Below, piece after piece: positions 39,145 through 52,520 of a DNA stretch of 64,000 nucleotides; position 1 is the first letter of the stretch, and each line of letters opens with the position of its first letter. Under the pieces are notes generated by a model. The model saw only the letters and a program-made list of their open reading frames with translations. It did not search any database and was not told where the DNA came from. The DNA is from Lytechinus pictus (lineage: Eukaryota), in NCBI RefSeq assembly GCF_037042905.1, contig NC_087251.1:12216001-12280000 (forward strand), read 5' to 3'. The translations under genes were made by a program, and so were the position numbers.

Positions 39145-39668
39145 CCTGGGGGGGGGGGGGTACTTAGTATTTAAATGTATGATACGTGTGTGCTGCGGTC
39201 GAGATGACGAGACCCCAATTTTTTCCCTAAATTTCCATTCCAGAGCATCAGCAATTTAGAAAGCCATAGAAATTCCTATTTTGCCCTGTTCCGGAGACCT
39301 TCAAATTTGCTGTTTCTAGTTTGTGCCCGCTCATATCACTCAGCACCACACAGTGGCAAATTGCCATTGACTGTTCAACACGGCCAAAGCTTGCTCCAAA
39401 CAGCGATTCGGAGACCGCTGATTGGTTATTGCGCAGAAACATCATGACCAATTTTATTCATATTCATACAGCACTCTGAAACACAGATCTTTGTGCCGTT
39501 CCAGAGCATTGCATTTTTAGAAATTGTTGATCCTAGAGCAGTTCCGGAGACCCCCATTTAAGTCCAAAGTTCAGTTCCAGAGCCCCATATTTTCGTTATT
39601 TATTAGTAGTTATTGGTGCGGCACATAGGTATCATGTTATAATTCGAGTACCCCCCCCCCCCCCCCGG
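39145..39668. mobile_element. MITE with poly-G/poly-C termini and a 7-8 bp flanking duplication
   Basis: CCT(G)nTACT..ATGATAC..TGTGCTGC / GCGGCACA..GTATCAT..AGTA(C)nGG. (G)CTATCAT lies on both sides. Internal repeated TTCC(A/G)GAG motifs. Confidence 0.7.
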
Positions 39669-42600
39669 CTATCATTAGATTTGGGAGACGCAGCACAAAT
39701 GGGGCGAGTTCAAGACACATGGCCATATTAAAACTTATTCTAAAGCATGGGATGGGCTGAAACTTATGTAAGGTTGAATAAATTATAAGACTATTTAGGG
39801 CTGGAAAATAATAAAGTTCAAAGTTGCAGCTCAAATCAATCAATCATCAAACCAAAGGGGAAATAAGTGAAACTGAATTAGAGACGCAAAATTAATTGAA
39901 CAGAACCCGAAGAAGTCTGGTAGCGCACTGATTTAATCTCTGGGCTACTGATCCTCAGCTAAACTCGGAATGATAGTATAATTTACATTTAAATATTTAA
40001 ATTCGAAATAACAACCAATCAAACTAAAGATAATGGAAGGATCAAACTCAAATATGAGAACCCAATTCATAAGATAAACTAATAAGGAATGAGATGAAGA
40101 TGATAAAGGATGTCTGGGTGATTGTGTAATAATGAAAATAGAAACTAATGAGTCAGGTGAGGGATGGAATGAATGGAACACCTGAAGAGAGAATAGTGAA
40201 GGAATGAAGATGACTAAAGAGAATGAGAAGAAAGGAATTCAGAGTAGAATGAAAGAATGACAACTGAATATCATTAAACTCTATAACCTAAGTTCAGACT
40301 GCAAGGGCAGTGCTGTAAAGAAATGCAAATGAACTCAAGTCTAGATGGAACAGAAATGTAAAACAGCTGAAGAAAACACGAGTCAAAGGAAATAAACAAA
40401 AAAGGAAAATGACAAAATAACAATCCTACACTGACATGATATATTCTTTGCCTGTACCTTTCCATATATCCAATCACTAAATTAGATAAGTGCTCAAAGA
40501 CCAATTAAAAAATGAACATCATTGAGAGAGGGCACTAAATAAAGAGGATATGAATATTGAAATATTCATAGAGAAGTGGCATTTGGAAGAAGATTTAATG
40601 GCCTGGCTTTGCACTTCTGTAAGACTAGTATATAATACTCCTTTAGAGTTCACATTATTTACCCTTTACCAAAGCTAGAGACAGGCTCAAAACTAGCTGA
40701 GTTGGTCTGGTCTCAGGGGTCAGTAAGAGGTTAATAAACTGTCTTTATCTCACAGCAATGGTAACATTCATTTGCTGATAAAAACCAAGCTACATGATAT
40801 CACATGTTCTTATATAAGTTAAAACTTTATAAAAAGAAGTAAGCTCAGAAGGCTTGCAGACTTCCAAGGGCAACAGCACGTATACAGTGTAGGTAAGGCT
40901 AATTTATTGCATACTTTATTCCAACATACTGTAAACTGTATATTGACCTGATCTTTTTACTTCATAATTATGCAATTTACAGGTTTATCAATTGTTATGT
41001 GTAGGCTTATATCTTATGCAGTCAAGGCTGCGACTAATGATTTTTAATACACTCACAGAAATGACTGTTAGTAATGCAGTTCAAGCATAGAGATATCATT
41101 GAAAAGGAGAGTGGAGTCATAAGCCTGCTATCAGCACTTCTGAAAATAGACCAAAAGCTTTAATCCAGTCTCTGTAATTGAATGAACGTACCTCTAGACT
41201 GTTGGTTATATTTATTGGCAACACTCACTAGTTCATGTGTCTGGGGATGATAGTAACAAATCAGAAATTGTCTTTTTGTTCATCATGGTTGCATACTCGA
41301 AATACGATTTTAATAGGCAGTGACAAAATTCCAGATTTTTCCAGATACCGGTAATTTACTTTCTTGTCAGAGCAACATGAACCATTTTTACCAATACATC
41401 ACATTAAAGCTTACGATATGGGCAAGTCCAAGGTGATGTCTCCATAGATGTCAAAAAATTCATCTTGGCTTGATGTACTATAATATTGTAGCCAAAGAAT
41501 TAAAGAATCTTAATTCCAGTATTAAAAGCAATGTAAATTATGCAAATTTATTTAAAAATGGGTGCCCTCATTTGCATAATGTAAAATAGCACCTTACATG
41601 TACGTATGGGGTAAATATTCATCTATTAAATCAGTTGAATTAATTTTTGATCAATTCATTCTCATTCCTTTAGCTTTCTCAGTACCAAAACGTTGAATAA
41701 TTATGCAGCCAGTCGGACGTTTGAATTCATGGGATTCGCTGGATGGAACAACCTGAATGTGAATCAAACAAACAGTTGGTCATTAAATGCTTTTAAATCA
41801 GGATTTAATTATCAAAATTAAAAAAGGAAATTATGAATTCCTTTTACTGTATCATATGAAGCAATATATGAAGGAAAAATAGTCATTTTAATGCCTGGTT
41901 TAACAAAAATATGTGATAGTTTATTAGGTGGTCTGTCTATGACAGATCACCTCTTATGTTTGTCCGAATTTTCTTTCTTTATTTTTTATTTCTTATTTTT
42001 ATTTCCTCCATTTCTTGTGGACAGCAAATCTCAGAAAGTTCATATTCAATAATCATCAAAATATCAGCACATATCAACATCAATAAGACCTCAATTCTGC
42101 AAGAATCTTAATGTCATGACGTCATCATGACGTCATCTAGACGCCATTTTGTAAAATCACATTATCAATCATATCTCCATTATCAATTATCAAAAATAAA
42201 TCAAATTCACATGACATAAACTTCAGATCAAGGGTCATCAGGTCATGTCATCAAAGGTCACCTGAAGGTCACGACGCGCGCGTACGCGCGCGTCAAAATT
42301 TTAAAATGCTAAAAATCACTTTTTGACCAAAACAGAGTACGTTTTAGGTCATTTTAAGCATTTCAAAAAATTGCGCGCGCAAACTTATGCGCGCGCGTTT
42401 CCGCGCGTAACGCCTTGAATGCAACTCAGAAACACCGTTTTTTTTATTTCATTGCATTGATCATAATTTTGAGCAATTTGATACCTTGATCAACCTTCTA
42501 CGACCATTAATAAGGAAATTAACACCCGTTAAAGTTTGCAGCACGTGTGCGCGCGAGCTCTCACTATAGGCCATATATGGGCAAAAACATGCCTATAGAA

Positions 42601-43200
42601 AATCCGCTGTAGCTCTTCAGAACGCGTGGGGACCCCCAATTTTTTTTTCATATTTTGATAGAGTATGAACTAGAGATATAATTTCATGTCTCATTTGACC
42701 CTCAATTATATTATGACGTCATCAAAATGGCGTCGGAAGTCAAAAAATCCATTTTGCCTATTATGACGTCATTATAATTATGCAAATCTTGCTCTAACTC
42801 CGTGAATATCGGTCTATTTTCACCCAATTTTTGATATGTTGTAGCTTAGTTCTTACTCTTTCTGAGTTATTGCCTTTATTTTTCATTTTGATAAACAAAT
42901 CATCCTCAAAAATTGCAAATAATAATGGCATGTCATTTTTACTCATTTTGCGTGTAATCTCTATGGGACATGACTTTTTCTCAAAACTAGATTCTACATT
43001 CTTCTATTTCGTAAGCCATATCTCCAATTTTTGTTGCTAGTTATCCCTGAGCTTTTAGTATGTTGTAGCTGAGATTCTAAGCTTTCGGTTGCGTTTCCTT
43101 CATTTTCCGATCAGATGTCGGGATCATGCCCGTAATTCACTTGCAAGATTGGATTTGAGATTCTGGTGTTTTGCTTACGTGTTAAGTCTATGGGAAATAT

Positions 43201-43304
43201 TCTAGCTCAATCGGTTAGGCGTCAGACTTACTTCTCATTCCATCATGCAGGCAGGGGTTCGAGTCCGCGGGTGAACATGATTTTTTTTTTTTTTTTTTTT
43301 TTTT
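43201..43304 (+). other. tRNA-derived Pol III promoter-like segment followed by a long T tract
   Basis: A box TAGCTCAATCGG and B box GGTTCGAGTCC. It does not fold as a canonical tRNA by eye. Confidence 0.55.
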
Positions 43305-43399
43305 TAGCTATCTTGCCCACGATCAATTATAAGAATTCTAACAAATAATAGCTAAAATATTGCAAAATAAAACAGATTATAATTACTTTTTTATATCAT

Positions 43400-43828
43400 A
43401 TCTATTTATCTGTCTGTCTATCTACCTACATGACATATCTATCTCTCTGTCTAATATATATCTTTCTGTTTGAATACGTCCCTCTCTCTCTATCTATCCA
43501 TATGTCTGTCTGTCTATCTACCTACATTGTATATCTATCTGTCTGTTTATCTCTCTCTCTCTCTCTCTCTGTCTAATATATATGTATCTATCTGTTTAGA
43601 TATGTCTATCTATCTATCCATCCATCTGCCTGTCTCTATCTATCTATCTATCTATATATCTATCTATCTATCTGTCTGTCTGTCTCTCTATCTATCTATC
43701 TATCTGTCTATCTATCTATCTATCTATCTATATGTCTGTCTCTCTATTCATCTATATGTCTGTCTCTCTATCTATCTCTGTCTCGATCTCTATCAATCTA
43801 TATGTCTGTCTCTGTATCTATCTATATG

Positions 43829-43873
<45 letters not shown>

Positions 43874-44570
43874 ATATCTATCTATATGTCTGTCTCTCTC
43901 TCTATCTATCTATATTTCTGTCTCTCTGTCTATCTATATGTTTGTCTATCTATATGTCTGTCTATCTATCCATGAAGCTATCACGAGAAGGAGAACCATC
44001 TTCCAATTTCTCTCTTAATCCTTTGTTATCGCTTCCTTCGGGCGAAGGAACGATATCTAACATCAATTGGCGAGCCGCCAGGCGAAAGTTAGAGCCCGCT
44101 TACATAACGCGATAGGACCACGCAGCATGAAGCTATTACGAGATAGCTCGTAATAGCTTCATGATATGTCTGTCTCTCTATCTATATATATGTCTGTCTA
44201 TCTATCTGTCTATCTATCTATCTGTCTGTCTCTCTTTCTATCTATATGTTTATATATGTTTTATTAATATAACCACCAATCATCTCTCTATCTATCTATA
44301 TATCTATATATCTATCAATCTATCTCTCTATCTATAAGTCTGTCTCTCTATCTATCTATATGTCTGTCTCTCTATCTATATGTCTGTCTCTCTATATCTA
44401 TCTTTATATGTCTATGTTTTATTAATATAACCACCTATAATTTATCTCTCCATCCATCTAATATAATTATCTTTCTTGTATGTATCTGTTTGATTATGTA
44501 AATCTGTTTGTCTATCTATTTTTCAATCTAATATCTGTTTAAATATTTTTTTCCTGTTTATCTATCTATA
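43400..44570 (+). repeat. Compound (TCTA/TCTG/TC)n microsatellite
   Basis: Directly visible; interrupted at 43971-44163. Confidence 0.95.
43971..44163. mobile_element. 193-bp element with CATGAAGCTAT(C/T)ACGAG TIRs inserted in the microsatellite
   Basis: 17-bp TIRs at 43971 and 44147-44163, plus a third copy at 44126 that forms a perfect hairpin with the right TIR. Confidence 0.7.
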
Positions 44571-46078
44571 CGACAGACCACCTAATTCGTCCGCATGACG
44601 AATTAAAATCTAGTTAATTTTATTTTCATTTTCAGGAAGAACTTCATATGTTTTTTTTTTTTTTCAATTTTTTTTTTTTGGGGGGGGGTTTGTATATTTT
44701 GAAACCAATTGATTGTTTATATTTTATGAGATACGTTTTTTTTTTTTTTTTTCAACTTTTTGGGTTCCACTGATATTCAGACAATATGTCACCCAACCCC
44801 CTTAGATTTTCTTTAAACTCGCACCAAGTGTTCCCCCAAGTGTCTGACGGAAAAATCTGAAATATTTTGCCCCAAGGTCAAACAGTTGCTAAGATACGGC
44901 CTCCCTTAGCAACCAATGCGTGGCCAAACAATTGAGTTTAAATAAAATGTAATATTTTTTATTGACTGCTGCAGCCAAGTTTGATGAGGTAGAGTACTTA
45001 TTTGCTATTAATTGGAAGAATTTTATAGTCTTAACATGCGCAGTATATTATGGCGCGGATCTGACCAGCCGATATTGCGCACAAGGTCGCCGAAAATGGT
45101 GTTAAGCATCAAAGTCAATGTTTTTGTGTGCATGTTTGGAGGCTCATAACTTCCAAATTCAATTAGCTTAGAACCCAATATTATGCTTATTTAAAGACTA
45201 TGAATTGCTCAAGTGACCTACGAAAAATTGGCCCAAACATGTGTGTAGATTTCTTGTAGGGCGCCCTCAAATTTTGATTTTTTTCTAAAAGTTGCCAAGT
45301 TCAAGGTTACGAATCACCCCTCGTCCCATCGAGGAGTGACACCAATTTCTGTATACTGATAGACATTTACCTAGATATTTTCATGGGATACATGAAATTT
45401 TTGTGACCAAAATGTTTAATAGCTGGTTTATGCATTCGGAAATGGTCGTAAACACCCCAAAATTGATGTAAAACGACACAAACACCGGTATTGTCTGTAA
45501 TGGTAGTCTGTAATTAGTACTACAAGGATATGCATCACAAATAGTTTGTCTTATTGGCAATGACATTTAAAAATACAGCTGAAAATCATCAATAACAATA
45601 CATCGGGTCAAATTTCCATTATTATAGGGCGTTAAAATGTGTTTACTCTGACTTTCACTCGTGTGTCATTTCAACACTTATGGTAACTTTAAGCTGATAA
45701 TTGCAAATCATGTTCCTTTCTGGTTCCAAATAATACATGAAGTCGTATCTTTATCTTTTGACCTTGACATTGATCTAAAAATAGCTGTAAATGCCTTGAA
45801 ATTAGCATAATTCACAACACCCGTGAGCTTTACAACACATTTCAAAATTGATTTTCTCACAGTCCGAATGCCTGATCATGTTGATATTTGTTTGCAGTAT
45901 TGGTAGTCCACAATGAGTACTTGGATGTTATAGTATTAATTTGTCTCGCATGACAATGACCTTGAAAACACAAAAAATCAGTAACCTCAGCCTCTGCCTC
46001 GTGGACCCTCGGCCTCGTGAACTCTAGGCCTAGTGGAACTGCCCTATTGATTCATGCATAAATTTCTTACACCCTAAG

Positions 46079-47496
46079 AACTAAACTGGCCAGCAAAAGA
46101 AAGTACCCACTTCTTTCAAAGGCTGCACACAAACATTCACCCCATAGAAATAAACAATTTTGTACACAGGTATGGTGCAATATCCATTAGTAATCACATA
46201 CCCAACAGGAAGTGATTATCTTTATTACAAAGATATAAAATGACATGTACAGCATCTTGGTCACTGAATCAAAAGTCACAAAATGTAACAGAATGAGCCG
46301 TCCAGGCACGAGGAGGACATACACATTATTGAACATTGTTGTTTGTGTCTGGTTTATTTCATCCTTTGACATTGACTTTTGTGTAAAACCTGGACGGCTC
46401 ATTCTGTTACGTTTTGTGACTTTTGATTCAGTGACCAAAGGGCCGTCTGCACCATCCCGAGTTTTCAAATTAGCGCGCTATTTCTGATCCGGCAAATTAT
46501 CCCGATCTGAAAAATCTCGAGATAGTTGGCGGTGCAGACGCAATTATCGCGCTAGTTCGTAGGATTAATCTCGAGATTGCAATCCCAAGTCAACTCGGGT
46601 TTATTTGCAAAATAGCGCGCTATTTTACGAATTATCCCGCTAATTCGTCGGTGCAGACGCACTCGAGATTGGACTCGGGGTAATTTATTCATGACGTCAG
46701 TCCATAATGCAATTCGCGTTCCACTTCCGCCTTGGTCAAAACATAAACACGTGCGAAAGTCAACTTTATACATGCGAATAGCGTTCATAAGCAACGATGG
46801 TGTCCCACCAGTGAATGGATTTTGGGAGAGACCAGACCGAAGGGGGAGGCGCTCATCGACGATGGTCATATTCAATAACAACACTGACAGCAGTGTTGTC
46901 TTATTCCTTCGCAAAATGTGAGCAAATAGCATTTCTTTCCTCCTTCTCTCCCTCTCTCTCTCTCTGTCGTTGCCTCCTACTCCGCCATCATATTTAACGA
47001 AGAATACATCACTTCTTCACTCGCTGAGCTGAGAGGATTGTTGCGTAACACCGGTTGAATTCGGCGAAAGTGCTAGTGAAAGGAGTACATTGCTTGCATA
47101 TCGCGGGAAGTTATTCAAAAGCGCGGGCCGTTGAAACTCCAAGATCCGAAAGTGCGCATGCTCGTAATATCGGGCTTGTTGCCTCGCTCGAGCAGGAATC
47201 GCTCTTCGTGGGATGGTGCAGACGGGGTTTCTTGAATCTCGAGATTAATCGCGAAGAGGGCTGATCGGGCTAAAATCTCGAGATTGAGCAAACTCGGGAT
47301 GGTGCAGCACCGCCTCAAGATGCTGTACATGTCATTTTATTTCTTTGTAATAAAGATAATCACTTCCTGTTGGGTATGTGATTACTAATGGATATTGCAC
47401 CATACCTGTGTACAAAATTGTTTATTTCTATGGGTGAATTTTTGTGTGCAGCCTTTGAAAGAAGTGGGTACTTTCTTTTGCTGGCCAGTTTAGTTT
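46079..47496. repeat. Near-perfect foldback (arms ~230 bp, ~80-bp loop) whose right arm is split by a Harbinger-like insertion
   Basis: 46079-46308 is the reverse complement of 46389-46438 joined to 47319-47496. Confidence 0.9.
46439..47315. mobile_element. PIF/Harbinger-like MITE
   Basis: 3-bp TSD CAA (46436-46438 and 47316-47318). TIR AGG..G.CTGCACCATCCCGAGTTT / AAACTCGGGATGGTGCAG..CGCCT. Repeated GGTGCAGACG and ATCTCGAGAT motifs; CpG-rich. Confidence 0.85.
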
Positions 47497-47756
47497 ACTT
47501 GGTTTTGTTTTGTCTACATCACTAGTTCAATCTATAAAACACTTGCGTTACATATTTTCCTCATCTGTCTTTAATTCAATTATTTATTTGCAATCTAAGT
47601 TTTTTTGATACTGATTGGAATTGTTCTGATTTTGATTTTAAAGTATAAAGCCTTGATAAACTAATATTCACTTTTTAAAGTAAATATCTTTAGGAATGGT
47701 AACTAAATATTCTGTTCTATTTTGTTAGGCTCAACTCTATTTGCTTCACTCTACAC

Positions 47757-48590
47757 AGCAGGGGAAGGTGGGGGTAAGATGGGCCATTTGTTGCTTTTTG
47801 CATGTTAGGACTGATATACAATGTATGACTAATAATCTTGTAGAAATAAGTACATTGCCTTAAGATTTAATTCTTGGGAAACATTTTTTACCCATATTTA
47901 ACTCCCAACCCACACTGAAAGGTACTGTCACCTTTGAAACAAAAGATGTCAAATGGATCAACTTGCCCCACACATGGGTAAGTTGAGCCAGCTTCTGGGG
48001 TATGTTGAGCCACAAAAATATGTACAAAAGCTATGGGCAAGAATTTTTTTTCACTTGCTTCATGTAATTCTCTTTAAATACTAACATCCTCTAAATGTAA
48101 AACAACTGTCTTGCGAATTTGGTCCCTTCTGCCTGCATATCAATGGCATTTTAAGGTTTGTTTTTATACATACATCACCATATGAATTACCATGGCTCAA
48201 CTTGCTCCATGTTGGGTGGCTCAACCTACCCCAGTCTAAACTTCATGGGATTTTTTCACATCCACACATTTTTTATGCACCCATCATGTAAAAGACTATG
48301 ACAAGAATGAGGATCCATACCTGGCGGACTAACAATATTGTCATCTTACGACCTTATATTCAAAGATGCATGTGGGTTAAATGCACTTATCTATTTCACA
48401 CTTTTTTACTTTTTGGGCTGAAATTTGTATTTTTCCATCTGAAAAACTACTTTCTGTTTAATGTTGAAAACATTGTGGTGAGGTTAGGGGTGATGCAATG
48501 GGTCATCAATATAGGGCACCACCACAATATCTGACTCGTTCATAATTGGCCTGGGGGTGGTGGCTCAACTTACCCCTAGGCTCTACCTAC
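47757..48590. mobile_element. pogo/Tc1-mariner-like non-autonomous element
   Basis: Degenerate inverted ends GGGGTAAGATGGGCCA / TGGCTCAACTTACCCC, with internal inverted GGTAAGTTGAGCCA / TGGCTCAACTTG repeats. Confidence 0.55.
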
Positions 48591-49641
48591 CTCGCCTTCC
48601 CCTACATGTATATAGGTTTTTATACGCCCGCCCGGCGATGGGTCAGGAAGTATTATGGTATCACGCTCGGTGTCCGTCTTTCTGTCCGTCCGTTAACTTT
48701 TCCTTGTAAACGCGATGACTTCAGTTTAACTTAACCTAGGCTCATATAAATTGGGTTATATTGTACTAGCATGGATCCCAGGAAGCCTTTCGATTTGAAG
48801 TTTAAAGGTCAAGGTCACACTAACATGTTTTCATCTTACAATTCTGAAGTCCTTGTTAACACGATAACTTTAATAGTTGAACATAAAGGACAAGTACACC
48901 CCAACAAAAAGTTGATTTGAATAAAAAGAGAAAAATCCAACAAGCATAACACTGAAAATTTCATCAAAATCGGATGTAAAATAAGAAAGTTATTACAATT
49001 TAAAGTTTCGCTTAATTTCACAAAACAGTTATATGCACATCCTGGTCGGTATGCAAATGAGGAGACTGATGACGTCATCCACTCACTATTTCTTTTGAGT
49101 TTTATTATATGAAATATTATAATTTTCTCATTGTAAAGTGAAACAACGATTAATTCCTCCCTGAACATGTGGAATTGGCTATGTTTAATACTACAGTGCA
49201 TCCCCCCAAAAAAAATATACTCTTTTGAAATGGCTGCCAAATAAAAACTAAATCACTTTGGGGGAAAACACTATATGGAAGACAATAAAGTCAACTTTCA
49301 AATGACACCCAAAAGTTCGAAAACTATTCATGCTTGAGCGAGCACTGCCCACTGAAACGAAGGGTATGAAAAATAGGCTGGGCCGGAATTAGCCTTCCAA
49401 TTTATTCAGTTTTTGATAGGCAAATCCTTTGGAACTTTCAAAGTTAAGGGCGTTGTGATAAATTAATGATAAACCGTGACCAGTTATGTTTGATTAAGTA
49501 AATTTCATAAATTATTAAATTGAACTTTAATGCATGAGTGAACACAAATTACACTTTTTGGGCAGCATTTCAACTTTATCATGTGGATCTCAGCAATGTG
49601 TTAATGGGAGTCAAGATAATAGGGAGTGAGATAGGACTTAA

Positions 49642-50272
49642 AGGGGAATCCAACCCAAATAAAAACTTGTTTTTATAGGAAAAGGAAACATCAGACAAGT
49701 TGATAGGTGAAAGTTTGAACAATATCGGACAAAGAATAAGAAAGTTATGAATTTTTTAAAGTTGTAAACATTGGTAATCAATTATACCCATGGAGACTTC
49801 AAATTGGCCTCATATGTGATGTCATAGTGATGTAAGGCAAGGACTACTCTTCCATGTACTCCAATACATAAAATGGCTAAAATGTCATTTTTCCCAAAAG
49901 TTTTATTTCCAATCATATTTTTCTTTCATGAGGACATAAAACAATATACTACCTGGGATATATTTAGATTACTGCCCCAGGGGAATGAATACTTAGGAGA
50001 AAACCACAAATCCCTGATAATTATGTACATGGCCTATGGGAAAGTTGTCCTTGCCCCTTTTCATAGTTTACTTATCCAGTTGCCAATTTAAAATCTACAT
50101 AGTCTAAGTGATCTCAATTTTAAAGCAGCTATAACTTTCTTATTGCTTGTCAGATTTCTTTCAAACTTTCACCATTCTGTTTGATTTATTTTTTTCAAAC
50201 TTTCACCATTCTGTTTGATTTATTTTTTTTCCTTCCCAACACAACATTTTATGGCCAAGGCTGGATTCCCCT
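49642..50272. mobile_element. TTAA/Kolobok-like MITE
   Basis: TTAA|AGGGGAATCCA...TGGATTCCCCT|TTAA, with an internal ~35-bp tandem duplication at ~50159-50230. Confidence 0.85.
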
Positions 50273-50524
50273 TTAAGTGGGAGAAGTAGGTTGATGGAAT
50301 AAGGGTCAACAGAACATTTAGCCCCCTCCCTCTCTCCCGCCCTCCCCTCCAGTTGAGAGACTGATTGCTATTGTCATGTACGCGTGAAGTCCAGGGCAGA
50401 ATGTTGATTTAATGATAAATTTTGCATTGGGGCATCAACTTTTTCCTATCAATCATTTAATCAACAATTTATCAGTAAATCAACTCATTCAATATGCAAT
50501 GTGATCAATCAAACATTCATATCT

Positions 50525-51160
50525 TGTCTCACCTGCATAGCAGAGTGAGACTATAGGCGCCGCTTTTCCGACGGCGGCGGCGTCAACACCAAATCTTAAC
50601 CAAAGGTTAAGTTTTTGAATGACAGCATAACATAAGTTTTTTTTACCTTGTTATTGATGATTTTGTTTGATATGTAAACTTTCGCAATTCGGCTTTTGCC
50701 GCAAAGAAAGAATTTTTAATAAACCATTTTGAATTGAATCGAACTTAGAAAGTATATGGACCTAGTTCATGAAACTTGGCCATAAGGTTAAGACATATGA
50801 GTAATCAAGTATCACTGAACATCTCATGCGAGTTTCAGGTCACATGACCAAATTCAAAGGTCATTTAAGGTAATTGAACTTTGGCCATTTTGGAGGTAAT
50901 TATTAGATTGCTGTCATAACTTTCAAAGTTTATAGATATAGTTTATAAAATGTGGATATAGGGGTAATCAAGTATCACTGACAAGTCTTAGGTCGCATGA
51001 TCAAGGTCAAATGTCATTTATTGTCAATGAACGTAGTATTGTATCATTATATGAATAGTGTTTTTTGTGAATAATTATTTTATAGTAGTTTTCAAAGTCA
51101 GCACTGCTGCTATGTTGAATCGCGTGATGTAGGTGAGACTGCCAGAGACGCTCCACTTGT
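50525..51160 (+). mobile_element. HINE family A copy
   Basis: TGTCTCACCTGCATAGCAGAGTGAGACTATAGG start and AGGTGAGACTGCCAGAGACGCTCCACTTGT end. Confidence 0.8.
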
Positions 51161-51674
51161 TTCAATAAATTATTTCATAAATCATCATAATCAGTCAATT
51201 TCTTAGTAATCATTCAATGAAAAAAAAATCAGACACCGGTCACTTGGCAGTTATGTTTTGAATAGGCTACAATCCAGGAAGTGAGACAGAGAGAGAGGGG
51301 GGGGGGAGCCTGGGAAATGGAGGTGCAGGGGGGTACAAATGACTTTTAATTTGTAAAAGGACAAAAAGAAGAGGAATGCCCTTTTAACCAAGTCTTACCA
51401 TATCTCACCCTCTTGCTTGTAACAGGTACCATCACATTACTCAGACTCTCACGAACACACTGGTGAGGCCCACAAGATGAATATGCTACACTAAAATTAC
51501 AATTCCTGTTCACTCATGCATTAAATTTCCATTTAGTAGCTCATGAAATTTGCCTAAGAAACCAAAACGTATCTCACTCATTAATTTAGCATAACACCCT
51601 TAGCTTTGCAAGTTCCAAAGGATTAACCACTAAAAAAACTGTAAGGCTAATTCCTGCCCAGCCTAGCCGAGCTG

Positions 51675-52375
51675 ATACCCCTTTTATACTGCCCTCTTCA
51701 TTTTTAACCGGCGAACTTCGCCAGCAAACCTCTCTGCCTCGCATTCCTCACTTCCCCGGCGAAGAAAAAAAAATGTACCCTTTCGCACTGACATTTCTTC
51801 TCCGGCGAAAGTCAACGGGCGATTGGCCTCATTCGGCATTTCTGCGGCACCACGATTATTTATTTCCTTTAATGGTGGAGATCTTACTTGTTAGTAAAGT
51901 TGTCAAGATGACGGCTAGATCTAGTAAACAGTGTCAGTATTCCCCTTGATTTAGTCAGTGCTTGGCACGTGCAGAACAAACGAAAGAAAATTATAAACAT
52001 TTCTTATTACCTATTACAAAAAGGTATACAAAAAAATTAATTACAACGTATTTTGGAAGTATTACGAGAAAAACAAACAATATCACTTTGTTTTTATATT
52101 TTAGCGCATTTTATACATGTAAAAAGTGCTTTTTGATAAATATTGTTAGTAAAAAAAATTATGTTCGAGGGTATCTACTTGGCCATAGCATTCAGCTGAG
52201 CTTGCAACTATCGCGCGCGGAATCTCGGTACAGGGGACTTCGGGAGAGAAAAAAAATTGACCTCTGACGTCATTAAAGAGGAGAAGTTCTCCGGTTTGCT
52301 TTCATACTGGCCTTTTCACTGGCGAACTTCACCGGTGAAGTTCTCCTTTGTACCTTTCATACTGGACACTTTCCC
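51675..52375. mobile_element. Truncated Harbinger-like fragment
   Basis: Repeated TTTCATACTG and CCGGCGAA(C/G) motifs, flanked by duplicated host sequence AAGGCTAATTCC..CCCAGCCT. Confidence 0.4.
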
Positions 52376-52520
52376 CTTCTGAAAGACATTGGAAGGCTAA
52401 TTCCGACCCAGCCTAATTTTCATACCCTTTGTTCCAGTCTGCAGTGCTTGCTCAAGCATGAACAGTTTTCCAACTTTTTGGTGTCATTTAAAACTTGACT
52501 TTATTGGCTTTCCATATATA

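Larger units (their letters stand above)
41923..44614 (+). mobile_element. Helentron/Helitron2-like non-autonomous element with a (TCTA/TCTG)n tract
   Basis: Subterminal inverted repeat ATTAGGTGGTCTGTC / GACAGACCACCTAAT, 3' hairpin AATTCGTC-CGCAT-GACGAATT followed by CTAG-TT, and insertion next to a T-run. Confidence 0.75.

Noticed and set aside
43201..43275. Functional tRNA gene
   Set aside because: A and B boxes are present, but there is no convincing acceptor stem or anticodon arm.
43470..44115. 182-aa and 127-aa LSIY-rich ORFs
   Set aside because: Translations of the (TCTA)n microsatellite.
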